The notes: a model not told the origin generated them from the letters alone. A stretch of DNA of 64,000 bases from Lama guanicoe (GCA_013239625.1 MU053513.1:1476927-1540926), one strand, 5' to 3'; shown: positions 38,208-50,967, counted from the stretch's first letter. Made by a program: numbers and translations.

Positions 38208-38884
38208 AGGGAAACAGTGTGGAGATTCCTCAAGGGACTGGGAATGGACTTGCCATGTGACCCAGGAATCCCACTCCTGGGCTTGTACCCAGAAGGAAAT
38301 CTACTTCAGGATGACATCTGCACCCCAGTGTTCATAGCAGCACTGTTTACAATAGCCAAAACATGGAGACAGCCTGGATGTCCATCGACAGGTGACTGGA
38401 TAAAGAAGATATGGTATATCTGTACAATGGAATACTACTCAGCCATAAAAACTGACAACATAATGCCATTTGCAGCAACATGGATGCTCCTGGAGAGTGT
38501 CGTTCTGGGTGGAGTGGGCCAGAGAGAGAAAGAAAAATACCATATGAGATCGCTCATATGTGGAATCTAAAAAACAAAAACAAACAAACAAACAAAAACA
38601 AAGCATAAATACGGGACAGAGATAGACTCATGGACAGAGAGTGCAGACTTGTGGTTACCAGTGGGGGGTAGACTGGGATTTCAAAATTGTAGAATAGATG
38701 AACAAGATTGCACTGTATAGCACAGGGAAATATACACAAAATGTTATGATAAATCACAGAGAAAAAAATGTGACAATGAGTGTGTATATGTCCATGAATG
38801 ACTGAAGAATTGTGCTGAACACTGGAATTTGACACAACACTGTAAAATGATTATGAATCAATAAAAAATGAAAAAAAAAAAAAA
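38208..38884 (+). mobile_element. Young L1 3' end (ORF2 C-terminus plus full 3'UTR), A>G hypermutated
   Basis: Aligns with 2541-3105; AATAAA and poly(A) present; TSD AAGAAACACT at 38198-38207 and 38885-38894. Confidence 0.96.
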
Positions 38885-38897
38885 AAGAAACACTCTA

Positions 38898-39066
38898 GGG
38901 GAGAGGGTATAGCTCAGCGGCAGAGCGTGCGCTTAGCATACACCAGGTCCCGGGTTCAATCCCCAGTACCATCATTAAAAAATTAAATAAAATAAAATAA
39001 AATAAGCAAAACCTAATTACCTTCCCCAACAAATTTTAAAATGTGCAAAAAAAATTTTATAAAATC
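38898..39066 (+). mobile_element. tRNA-derived SINE
   Basis: Full head and tail; TSD AAGAAACACTCTA at 38885-38897 and 39067-39079. Confidence 0.93.
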
Positions 39067-40051
39067 AAGAAACACTCTAATGTCTTCAGCTCTTTGAACA
39101 GTCATAGTATTATAGTCAAGAAAGGAGGAAAGCTGCCCTTGGAGCGCGTTTCCCCAGTGAGAGGAGAAACCAAGTGCTCAGGAAACAGGACTTCACTGAT
39201 AGTCCCCACATACCTGGAGGCTGTGTGTCCCCCTCGCCTTAGGCGGTCTTGCTTGGAGATCTTAGCCCCAGCCCCATCTGAACCACGCCTCGCTGCAGAG
39301 AAGTCCCAAACCTTTGCTTCCATCCCTGAATTCTCTCACAAGTTCCAGGAAGAGGGGACAAGTCTTCTAGCTTGTGTTCTGTTAGCATCTCAACCAGCAT
39401 GTCCAGGAACCAAACACCACGTTCCCTTTTGAAGAAATTGCTACTCCTTCGCCCACTGTCACCACTGCCATTAGTGATGCGATCACTCTCCCTGTTCCTT
39501 TCTCTTCCTGCCTGGGTACCAAATGCTGCCTCCCCTTGATTCTACCTTTGCAATCTCTCTAATCCACTCCTTTTCATTTCCTCCTCACTGCCCCCATGTT
39601 GTTTCCTTCATCTCCAAGTCTAGTCAGCAAACTCTCCCCCAAAGGCACATGGGGTTTCTCTTCCTAAAGCCCAGCTCTGATCCTATTGGGTAGTGAGACA
39701 AGAGGACCAGGAAGCTCCCTTCCATTCTCTGAGACTGCCTGTGTCATTCCCATATGTGAAAATACTCCCTGGGTCACCAGTGCATCTCTTAAAAACTCTA
39801 AACCCTAGTCTGGCATTCTGATTCGAAGTACCCCTGGTGCCCAGATGGCTGTACTTCTCTGCACTAACACTGTGCCCTCATAAATCTAACCACTCACAAT
39901 GCCATCTTTCCTCCTTCCTACCTTTGCCCAGGATAATTTCCTCCTAATCACCAGCTCCACCATCTAAATCTCCCTCCGTCCAGGCTCCTCCCTCCATGAA
40001 ACCCTGTGCCCCCAAGCGGAAGCGGTACCTCCACTCCCCAGAGCCTCCTGC

Positions 40052-40203
40052 CAGTGCTCTCCACACTTGAATGTGCGAACAATCGCCTGGGATCTTGGTA
40101 AATGCAGATTCTGGCTCAGCAGCCCTGCAGCAAGGTCTGAGAGTCTGCGTTTCCAACAGCCCCCAGGCAACGCTAGCCCCGGACCACACCGTGAGGAATA
40201 AGG
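40052..40203. mobile_element. MER5A-like hAT DNA transposon
   Basis: 'cagtgctctccacactt...aatcgcctgggatcttggtaaatgcagattctg...tctgcgtttccaacagcccccagg...ggaccacac'. Confidence 0.75.
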
Positions 40204-41914
40204 TCTCACGGTGCCTGTTCAACATTGCTCTGCATTGTCATTACTTCCATCTACATGTTTTCTCTATTAGAGAATAAATTCCCAACATGGTTTGAACAGC
40301 TTACTCAGTCCCTTACGCCCAGGGGACCCAGCTGAGTGTCTGACGTGTAACGAATGCTGGTACATGGATTGGTACAGGAAGTCTCTGTAATCACTTAAAT
40401 ACTTTCTGCCCCCGCACAGTTTGCACGCACTCAGAGTGAAGCCCAGGACTCTGAATCTGTAGCCAGGATGGGAAAGAGGAGTAGCCACAACTTAAAATGC
40501 TTGAAAAGTAGGCCTCAAGTTCAGAATTTTGCTTAGTCTACAATTCTAAATATTTCTCACGGGGCCTACAGACAGCATTTATTGAGACAGTTACCTACAG
40601 ACTATACTGACATATGGGTGATATACAATCTCACTGAGGAAGAAATAAGATACACATAGATTAAAAAATACAAGAAAACCTACAGGCTATTCAGAAGCGG
40701 AAATTAAATGCTCTTAAATGCTAGAGGGAACAATGACAGGGACCAGACGTTCACTGATGGACACTGAGTCAACCAATCTCTCATTCACACACACAAACAC
40801 ACACACACACACGCATTTGGCTAAAAGAAACGACTTGGTACACAGTGTTCTGGCCCCTCGGCAAGGTCAGCAGCATTGTCTAGAGCGCTGAGCCCAGGAA
40901 AAGTGCATCCTGGACCTGCCTACCCTGGCATGCACCCTCTGCTCTGGGTTCCTTAGTCACCAGATGAGAAAAAGGGTGGCATACGTCACCCATACGATGA
41001 TCTCACAGTCCGAACTGTACAATTTCACTCATGCTCTTGTGCTGACACAGCAGAAAATTGAGGAAAAACTCCCACACCAAAGGCAGTCCCAGAGCTGGTC
41101 AGACCTCCCACACGTTCGACCACTGTCACTAGTGATAACTGCCAGTGACCCTTGCTAAGGATGATGACAGCCATACCTGTTATTCATGACGTGACAAACT
41201 TTATACATGTTATTTAATTTAATGCCTTGGCAACTCAATAAGGCTGTTTCTGTCAAACCCCTTTTACAAAGATATGGAAAGTAAGGTTCATAGTTTCATA
41301 ATTTGCCCGAGGGCTAAAGCTTCAAAAATGACCTTAGGACTCAGCCTTCCTGTGAATTCACTATTTTTGAGTCTCTCAACAGACATTCACCAAGTATTTA
41401 CTCTGGGAGAGGTGCTGTGGTAGGAGGTGGGATTAAAAACTGAGTAAGTTATCTGCCTTCAAGGAACCTCTGGTCTTGTAGAAGCAACGAAAATACCAAG
41501 TTAAGCAGCTTCACACTTGTGCTGAAAATGCTGTATGTAGCACACTGCTCTCCATACATCTTCTCAAAGCCAGGAATTTGCTTATATTATTTTAAAAGAA
41601 ATTAAGAAAGGAACATGCTCCGAACATGTTAGGAATTTTTGCTAATGCAAATAAACTGGTATAATTATATTCTTTTTGATAAAAAATTGAGTCTGATTTA
41701 AGAGAAAAGGAAAAGAAACTTTAGCAAATGAGATACTTTTTAGAAAGTTTTATTATATTAATATAATGATAGCTACTAAAATACTTTTAATCTGTTAACT
41801 ATAATAGATCTGCAATATGCTGCAATAATATTTAGCACCTGAATACAACCTGGCAAAACAAAATTCTGCTGAAAGAGAATTGTTGCACTTACATATTGTT
41901 ATATAGCAGCTAAG

Positions 41915-41933
41915 TGCTGACCTCTAGTGGCTA
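41915..41933 (-). promoter_or_regulatory. Candidate CTCF binding site
   Basis: Minus strand reads TAGCCACTAGAGGTCAGCA, one mismatch from the core CCASYAGRKGGCRS, within unique AT-rich intronic DNA. Confidence 0.55.
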
Positions 41934-41985
41934 TATTGAGAATATCTTTATATCATTACCCACTACTGAACAACTTCTACATCGT

Positions 41986-42010
41986 TATATATATATATAT
42001 ATATATATAT
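41986..42010. repeat. (TA)n microsatellite
   Basis: Seen directly. Confidence 0.95.
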
Positions 42011-45000
42011 GTATACTTATTTTGCTCAATCTATATTTTCCACTAAGTTTTTAAGTACTTAAACATAAGTTTTAGATATAAGATGCTACTATAAGTGAAA
42101 AATCTTGATATGAAAGTCCCAGAATTGGATCTCAGCCTTTAACTTGTTAGCTGACTTCAGACAAGTTACCAAACTTCTCTGAATCTGTTCTCAAATCTAT
42201 TAAATAGCAAATAATACGATTTAGATAAAGATTAGTTACCACCATTGCTAATTTAACCATTAAATCTGTAACTGTATCTCTTTCTATGTAAGGTCTTCAG
42301 CACTTACTCTCCTTAAGACTTTTTCATAAATATCAACCCATTTCAAGCAACTCACACGAGTCAAACATCAAAAAATACAGCCAATGTAGAATTTTTTTTA
42401 ATGCAAATCTACTTCCAAAACTTCATTGGCTTTACATGATAAGGATGACTTTCTATGGCATTGATTGTTTTGAATCCACTAAAAAAAGAAAACCACCCTA
42501 GGAAGAAATGTAATTATCTCTAAATAACACTGTCATATACTTTTAAAAGAGCTATAAATGATTTTATAGGAAAAAATTACTCAGAAGCTATCATTCAAAC
42601 TTCCTTTCCACACATTTCTGGATCTCTTTATAAAGAAGAAATCCTAAAATTCTGAAATTTCTAGTATAATCTCCAAACTCATAAATTGGTATCATCAAAA
42701 AATATTGTAGTTTTATATACAATTTACACAATTGCCTTAAATATTCATTAAGAAGCTTATCTGACACAGCCTTTCATTAAGTTAGGTCAATTCCACATAA
42801 GGTCTTATTGGAGTTGAAGTCTTCCAGAAACCACTTTCCCCCATGGATAACATTCCAAGGCAAGCCACGTTGGCTGGCTGTGGGTTGTCTGTGGACTAGT
42901 TCATGACTGTACACCCAAACAAATCACCATCACCTCCAAAGCTCCTTCTGCATAAACTCATTGGAATTGTTTTCCATTTTCAAACGGTAAATACATCTCA
43001 AAGCTTTTTTTGATGATAGTGTTTTCAGTTTGTCATTTTATTGCCATATTACTCTTTTAAATTTTTAACAAAACTTACATTAACAACTCCAAAATAACAT
43101 GATGTCAGTTTAATTAAGACTTAACATTCCTGAAAGCCAAGAAACACTGGAAATACAAACAAGTAAATATATTCATTTGCTGAATCAATGTCACATTTGC
43201 GATTCATATTTCATGCTAATCAGATCTGAATAATGAGAGAAATTCCTAATTTAACAATGGCTGACGTTCTCCAAATAATTACTTTCCTTAAACTTTACCT
43301 CCCTAGGTGACTAATCACATTGCTAATCATGTATATAATGATAATGAGTTTTTATGCCATTGGAGGAATTTGCAACAGTTGATTAATTAACTTTGTAAAG
43401 GGATTACTAGTTAATTTACAAGGAATTTATGAAGAATGTTTAGTGCCCTGAATTTGTCAGAGTGAAAGAAAATTGATCCTCAAAGAACTGTTTCTTAATT
43501 CATTTATAATTACTTGTACCACTGCCCAAAACTCTTTCCTGTATATTTTTCATAACAAAAGATTTAGTATTAAATATAATTTATTTAACTATGCCCAATT
43601 TATACTTCAGTAGCTATAAGATCTATGCCCAAAATTCAGTTCCAAGGTTGAGCACTGCTTTAAGTGCTCACCTTCAGAAAATGTGGTTCTCCTAAACATT
43701 CAGCAACTGACAGGCTAGTTCCTGCATCTTATGCTACTTATACGGGATACAATTTGAAAACTTCTCAACTGAATAGATACATTATTCTACCAACAAATAC
43801 TACCTGAGTTTAAGAGCACTGCCATCGCTAAACCCCCTTTACACTCATTTGCATGCTCATCTGCATAACTGTCACAGGCCCACATCATTTATGCAAATCT
43901 CTATATTTTTCCACATACAAAAGGACTGGGAGAAGCATTTTAAACCATTTGCTTTCTATAGGATTGTCTCAGCTTTGACCTCACATCTGTGTGTAGCGAG
44001 GATCTATTATTGCAAATTTTATATTTCTCTTTAAGGAGCTAGAAAAGAGTATGACTTTTGTTTTTCCATGGCAGACATCTTCTTGTACAGCCAACACAGA
44101 AATTTTATTTTTAAAGTTAAGGCAGGCAAGAAAAAAATAAACTCGGAAGGAAAAAGGAAGATGAGTGGAAGCAGAAAAGAAAGAACGGGTTTTAAATACT
44201 TCTAGCTGAGGTGGAGTAAAATACTTTACCTGGCAGCAAGTAATCAAAACAGTCCACGTCCTTGACTTTAAGAAATGTATTAAGCACCTGATACAAACAC
44301 ACAGAGACGCATGCAGGCACAAACCCGCCCACCGCTGCTGTGCAGACTCACTCTTGCCCCACCCAGCACACGCCTGCCCTTCTTCAGGGAATGTTTACCT
44401 TGCTTCTGCATGGAAGAGGCCAGGCCCTTCACCGTCTCAGCCCTTGTATTTCAGAGTCACTCTAGTCCATAAGTAGAACTTCTGACCCAGACCTACCCAC
44501 CTCCTGGGCCTCTGTGACTGGCTCACTTGAGACAATCAGAGACAATCCTGAGCGTTTTCTTTGAAAGACTCAGAAAGGCTTTCCCTCTCTCCCACTGTGT
44601 TTGCCACCAAGAAGATGCAGAGGGGGGGAGCCGTGGCTGTCATTTTGTCTCTGTGAGGTGAGGTGGGGGCCTGGGACTGCCAGGGGATACCATGAGGACC
44701 TGAAAGGAAGCCAGAATTGGGAGGAGAGAAACCACACCCTGATGACAGCATGAGAAATCCAAATCTAACCATTCTTGAAGCCAGGATCTACTTCTGGATT
44801 TTCAGCTGTAAGAACCAAAATATTTCTACCCCTCTTTTTTCCCTTAAGCCAGTTAGAATTGTTGAGTTTTGTTTCATTTGTTATTTGCAACGGAGAGAAT
44901 CTTAATGGATAAATCAAGGCTCTGACATCCTAATGATGACATAATACACAGAAATTCAACTGCTCAAATGCCCTTATTAGTCATATGCCAAGTGTGTCCA

Positions 45001-45294
45001 CATTCTTCATATTTGATTCAGTGTTCACAAGATTTCAGTAACCTTATTAAGTGTGGCACAACTTTATCATAATAAATACACAATTTGTCAATTAAATCTG
45101 ATGCATTAACTAATGATACTTTTCATACGTATCATTTACTAAACTTTTTCGTATATTTTTAATATATATATATACTGTGAAATAATTACCATAATATTCT
45201 AGTTAACATCCTTCATCATGTATGTTTTTTAAATCCATAAGGTAGCCTATGAAGGAAATATAATTTATACTTTATAGATAAAAACCTGAAGTTT

Positions 45295-46160
45295 AAAATA
45301 GCTCATACAATCCAATATCGAAAAAAGCAAACAACTCAATTAAAAGTGGGCAGAAGACCTAAATACACATTTCTCCAAAGAAGACATACAGATGCCAACA
45401 CATGAAAAAATACTGAACATCACTAATTATTAGAGAAATGCAAATTAAAACTACAGTGAGGTATCACCTCACACCGGTCAGAATGGCCATCATCAGAAAG
45501 TCTACAAATGATAAATGCTGTAGAGGATGTGGAGAAAAGGGAACCTTCCTACACTGTCAGCGGGAATGTAAATTGGTAGAGCCACTAAGGAGAATGGTAT
45601 GGAGGTTCCTTAAAAAACTAAAGACAGAGTTGCCATATGATCCAGCAATCCCACTCTTGGGCATATATCCAGAAAAGATGAAAACTCTAGTTCGAAAAGA
45701 TACGTGTACCCCAATGTTCAGAGTAGCATTATTTATAATAGCCAAGACATGGAAACAATCTGTCCATCAACAGATGACTGGATAAAGATGTAAGATTATA
45801 TATATATATGCAATGGAATATTAGCCATAAAAAAGAATGAAATCTTGCCATTTGCAGCAACATGGATGGACCTAGAAAATATCATACTAAGTGAAGTCGG
45901 ACAGAGAAAGACAAATTATTATATGATGTCACTTACACGCAAAATCTAAAGAAAATAATAATAATTTATTAAGAAACAGACTACAGACATAGAAAACAAA
46001 TTTATAGTCACCAAAAGAGAAAGGGGGGATAAATTAGGAGTATGGGATTAATAGATACACACTACTATATATAAAATAGATAATAAGGATTTAACTGTAC
46101 AGCACAGGGAACTACATTCAATATCTTGTAATAACATATAATGGAAAAGAATCTGAAAGT

Positions 46161-46195
<35 letters not shown>

Positions 46196-46298
46196 GGAAT
46201 CACTTTGCTGCACACCTGAAACTAACACAATATTGTAAATCAACTGTACTTTGATTTTAAAAAGTAGACAAAATAAACATTTTTCCTATTTTAAAAAA
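45295..46298 (+). mobile_element. Older L1 3' portion, contains (TA)n at ~46164-46193
   Basis: ORF 45438-45785 ([17 protein letters not shown]...[13 protein letters not shown]); L1 3'UTR; possible TSD core TGAAGTTT. Confidence 0.9.
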
Positions 46299-46532
46299 AA
46301 TGAAGTTTTGAAAAGTTGACTTGGCTTTGAGGCCTCACAACTAGTAAGAGGTAAAGGCCAGGTCTTCTTTTCATTTTTATTTATTATCTTTATTTTCATT
46401 ATACTTTTCATCACTCCACAATTACTTTCTATCTCGAAAAGCATAATTGGCTATAAATGCAAGGGAAACAGATAAGCATTACGTTCCATCAAATTAAGAA
46501 AGAGAAGACTTTTTTAAAGAGTATGATCTTAC

Positions 46533-46614
46533 CTAAATCGATATCTCGAATTCCTATGTACAATTCAAGAAGATCATCGACCTTTCCAATGGCCTTTGCT
46601 TTGGTTTCAGAGGG
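46533..46614 (-). CDS. GIPC2: GIPC2 penultimate coding exon (82 bp)
   Basis: ctctgatacAG|PSETKAKAIGKVDDLLELYIGIRDIDL(A)|GTAAGA; phases 0/1 are consistent with both neighbours. Confidence 0.97.
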
Positions 46615-47082
46615 CTGTATCAGAGAAGAGAGAAGTAAGGTTATATTTGTATCTTGAACGCCGAGGCATACACAGGGGGAAATCTGACATGGAGCCAGCT
46701 CTTGTACGCTTCAGCTAATTTGAATCTCTCTTGAAGTCCAGGAAGACTTCAGAAAGTGACTTAAGAACTGTGTTTCCAAAGATGAACTGGCATCAGATAA
46801 GCAGGACGAGGCACTGCAAGTAGAAGGCAATAGGTACACAGGGTCTGTGCGAGGTCCCAGGGTCTGATAAAACAGCACAGCACGTTAAAGAAACAGCAAG
46901 ACGTCCAGTGTGATGGGAAACACAGTGCCAGACGTGACTAGATCTTAGGAGCTCCTGTGTGCCGTGAAAAGGGCTTTGGTCTCTATCATGTGGGCCAGGG
47001 TTTCCAAACCTTGTAACAGCTCACCCCAAGAGTAAAACACTCTAAACACACACCCCTATTGTTTTTATTTAATTTTACTGTA

Positions 47083-47713
47083 TAGTAGTTCCCCCCATCT
47101 GCGGTTTTGCTTTCCTCGGCTTCAGTTACCTCAGTCATTTGAGGGCTGAAAATATTAACTGGAAAGTTTCAGAAATAAACAGTTCATAAGTTTTAAATTG
47201 TATGCCATTTTGAGTAGCGAGATATAATCTCACACCATTCGCTCGATCCCAGGATCCCCAACCATCTACATCACCTGCTCCTGACATCCAACCATCAACA
47301 TCATCAGGGCTGATGATCTGGGGTCACACGGAGCAGGTGCTCCTCCCTCTCACGTACAGTCAGGTCGATAGTAGCCTAACACTACATCACAATGCCTGCG
47401 TCACTCACCTCACTTCATCTCATCACACTGACATTTTATCATCTCACATCATCGCAAGAAGGGTGAGTACGTACAGTGAGATATAAGAGAGACCATGTTC
47501 ACACAAATTTTATTATAATATATTTTATAATTGTTCTATTTTATTATTAGTTATTGTTATTAATCTTTTACTGTGCCCAATTTATAAATTAAACTTTATC
47601 GTAAGTATGTATGTATAGGAAAAACAGTATATTTGGGTTCAGTACTATCCGCAGTTTCCAGCAGCCAATGGGGGTCCTGGAACGTGTCCCCAGAGGATAA
47701 GAGGGGACCACTG
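47083..47713. mobile_element. MER44/Tigger7-like Tc1-mariner DNA transposon
   Basis: Imperfect terminal inverted repeats (tagtagttccccccatctgcgg ... cagaggataagaggggaccactg) flanked by TA on both sides. Confidence 0.85.
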
Positions 47714-47963
47714 TATGCATTTTTAATCAATTGCACATGTGTTATCATACTGATGCATTGTGTACCTTATCAAAACACACAAACATGTGAATTTTATAAG
47801 GAGATGATGAGATAATATTTTTAAATAATTTTCATTTGATGTATTAATGGTACCAAAGCATTTTTGTTCTTCCTAAAATTATCATTAAAGTTTTTGCATT
47901 GAAATTATTAATTAATTAATTAAAGTGTTAAATTTCAATGCAAAACATGGTTAGATATATTTT

Positions 47964-48597
47964 TTTTTCATAGAGAATATATTTATCTATCTAAAGTGAG
48001 ATTTTAGAAAACTATTATTGACTAACAAATGTTTTTTCTCTTCTTTCACTTCACTAAAAAATAAATTTTTAAAGTGTCTTCAGTCAGATTATAGAGGGGT
48101 CACGTTAAGTGTAGACCCCAGATGCAGCCAGCTTTATTATTTCACAAATGATTTTTTTAACATTTTTTATTGATTTATAATCATTTTACAATGTTGTGTC
48201 CAATTCCAGTGTTCAGCACAATTTTTCAGTCATACATGGACATATACACACTCATTGTCACATTTTTTTCTCTGTGATTTATCATAACATTTTGTGTATA
48301 TTTCCCTGTGCTATACAGTGTAATCTTGATTATCTATTCTACAATTTTGAAATCCCAGTCTATCCCTTCCCACCCTCTACCCCCCTGGTAACCACAAGTC
48401 TGTATTCTCTGTCCATGAGTCTATTTCTGTCCTGTATTTATGCTTTGCTTTTGTTTGTTTGTTTTTGTTTTTTAGATTCCACATATAAGTGATCTCATAT
48501 GGTATTTTTCTTTCTCTTTCTGGATAACTTCACTTAGAATGACATTCTCTAGGAGCATCCATGTTGCTGCAAATGGCATTATGTTGTTGGTTTTTAT
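47964..48597 (-). mobile_element. Young L1 3' end (48152-48597) with 3'-transduced sequence (47969-48151)
   Basis: L1 part is nearly identical to the reverse complement of 2774-3105; 17-bp TSD ATGGTTAGATATATTTT at 47947-47963 and 48598-48614. Confidence 0.92.
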
Positions 48598-49177
48598 ATG
48601 GTTAGATATATTTTATTATTCTTTTAAAATCTTTTTTGGTAATATTTGGTAATCTGGTTCTACACTCAGTTTATTTCAATACCTGGTTATAAATGGCTTC
48701 ATACCTGAGAAAGAAATTGCCCAAAGATGTTAAATACTCAACTGCCAAATGTCCAACTCAAAATTACACTGCAAAAATGCATAATATTTTAGATACTGTG
48801 GTAAATGTATGTTGCTTTGTAGTCAAAACTTATTTAAAAATATACATTTTATTGCAAATAAATTTTTTTATTTCCTTGATATTATTGCAACTTTCTCATA
48901 TTTATATTTATATTTATATTAACTAAGCCTTTATGACAATAAGAGACACAATACACCACTCTTGCCTTCTTTACAGTGTATTCTGACCGGTCTGTGTAAA
49001 ACAACAGGCTGTGCAAGGTGTTTACCTTGGTAACCACCCGGCCACGTTGTAAGTTATTGTAACAAGTATCAGCATTTCTCGTACAAAAACGGCCACCGGT
49101 CTCTCACTTCTAAATAGATCTTGATCTCGTCACTCTTTTTCCATTCACATTCTGACCGTCTGTGTGCAGTCCTGATT

Positions 49178-49735
49178 CTTTTTAATTGAAATATAACTGA
49201 CATATACATTATCTCAGTTTCAGGTATATAACATAATGATCTGATATATGTACATATTAATTAAAAAATCACCACAATAAGTCTAGTCAACATCCATCAC
49301 TACACAGAGTTACCATTTTTTCCCTTGTGATGAGAACTTTTAAGATCTAGTCTCTTAGCAACACTCAGTCATATAACACAGTATTATCGACTGCAGTCAC
49401 CATGCTTTACAGTACAAATGTATACAGTAAGTATAAAAAAGTCCTGAGGAGGGCTTATTTACAACTGGAAGTTTATACCTTTTGAGCCCCTTCACCCGTT
49501 TCATGCACCACCCCCCAACCCCCTGCCTCTGGCAACAACTGATCTGCTCTGTTTCTCTATGACGCTGTTACTTCAGTTGGGTTTGGGGGGGGGGCAGTGT
49601 TAGAATCCACATGTAACTGAGGGCATCCAGTATTTGTCTTTCTCTGTCTTATTTCACTTAGCACAAAGCCCTCAAGGTCCATCCATGTTGTTGCAAACGG
49701 CAGGATTTTCTTCTTTTTTTATGGCTGAATAATAC
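49178..49735 (-). mobile_element. Older L1 3' end
   Basis: 'ttttttaattgaaatataactga...gagaacttttaagatct...ttttatggctgaataata'; same family as 7660-8200. Confidence 0.85.
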
Positions 49736-50912
49736 CCTCTCATCTTTTCTTATTTGCAAAAGTTTCCTCATGGGTCCCCCTGCCTGCAGTCTTCATCCTT
49801 CCAAATCCACTCTGCTCAACAGCCCATCCCCTAGAACCAAGGGATTTTTCAAAAACACAAAACTGACTGTGCTGCTCCCCTTGCAATTCTTAAATAGCAC
49901 CTCCACCCCTTCACATCCTGACCCCCTGACCCAGGCCTCCACCTCCAGTCTCACCACCCCCACCAGGTCCTTCCAGCGTCCACCCTCGGGCCCCTGGACA
50001 CTTACAAGGTCCCCACATCCACCGTCATCTCACGTCTAGAACACACTTCTCCCCATCTTTGACCAACTCAGTCATTTCTTCTGGAGGAAACTCCCTGACT
50101 CCCCTCTTCCTCCATCTCTAACTGCAGCTGATCAGCCCCTCCCTGGTGGCATTAACCTTACCCTTCTGGTTTGTCACAGCTTCCTTTCATGTCTCTCTCC
50201 CTCTAGAGGAAAAACAAGGTCTTTATTCCCCTTGGTATCACTAGCACCTGGACTGTGCCTGTCTCAACAAACACACGGTGAATCCATTATGAGGATGCAG
50301 GCAGAGTACCGTTCACAGTTTCCAGAATTTGTGCTAGGTTACGAGGGGCTGAGTTGTTCCAAATCTGTAAGTTCTTTAATGTCGGAAATTAAATTGTAAG
50401 TCATCTGTATCAAATCTAATACTAGCTCCAAATTAGTTGTTTCCCTTTACCGTGAGCTATTTGAATTGCCCTATTTAATGAAACAGGCTATGCAAACAGG
50501 AAGGGAGTTTAAGATGTTTATCTTTGAGAGAATCTTTCCTCCCCCCTCAGGCAGCTCTTCAGCTCTTCTTTTTGATTCCAGCACCTTATACAGAGCAGCT
50601 GCTCAACCCGTATTTACTACCCGCGTTCTTTCCGAAGTGACATGGAGTTTCTCCTGCCGCCCCCCGGCTCCCTGGTTGAACGTCTGTCCTCTTGTCCTCC
50701 CAGCCTCCCCTGGAAAGCACAGATCTTCCATCCTCTAATAGCTTCTTTCCTCCTACTGAGGTTTGTTCCTCTGCTCAATAAACATTCACCGGACTTTGGC
50801 AATTTGCCTGGCAGTGTGCTGGGCACCACAAAACTAAAGAGTGACCAGAACTCATCGCCCTGGTTTTTTTCCCACAAGCCTCATCCTATCTCACTTTCAA
50901 TATTCATTTGGC

Positions 50913-50967
50913 GGGAGAGGGGATAGCTCAGTGGTAGAGCCTCCCAAAAAAATAAAATAAAATAAAA
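50913..50967 (+). mobile_element. Internally deleted tRNA-derived SINE
   Basis: Head 'gggatagctcagtggtagagc' joined directly to 'ctccc' plus A-rich tail; TSD core CATTTGGC at 50905-50912 and 50970-50977. Confidence 0.8.
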
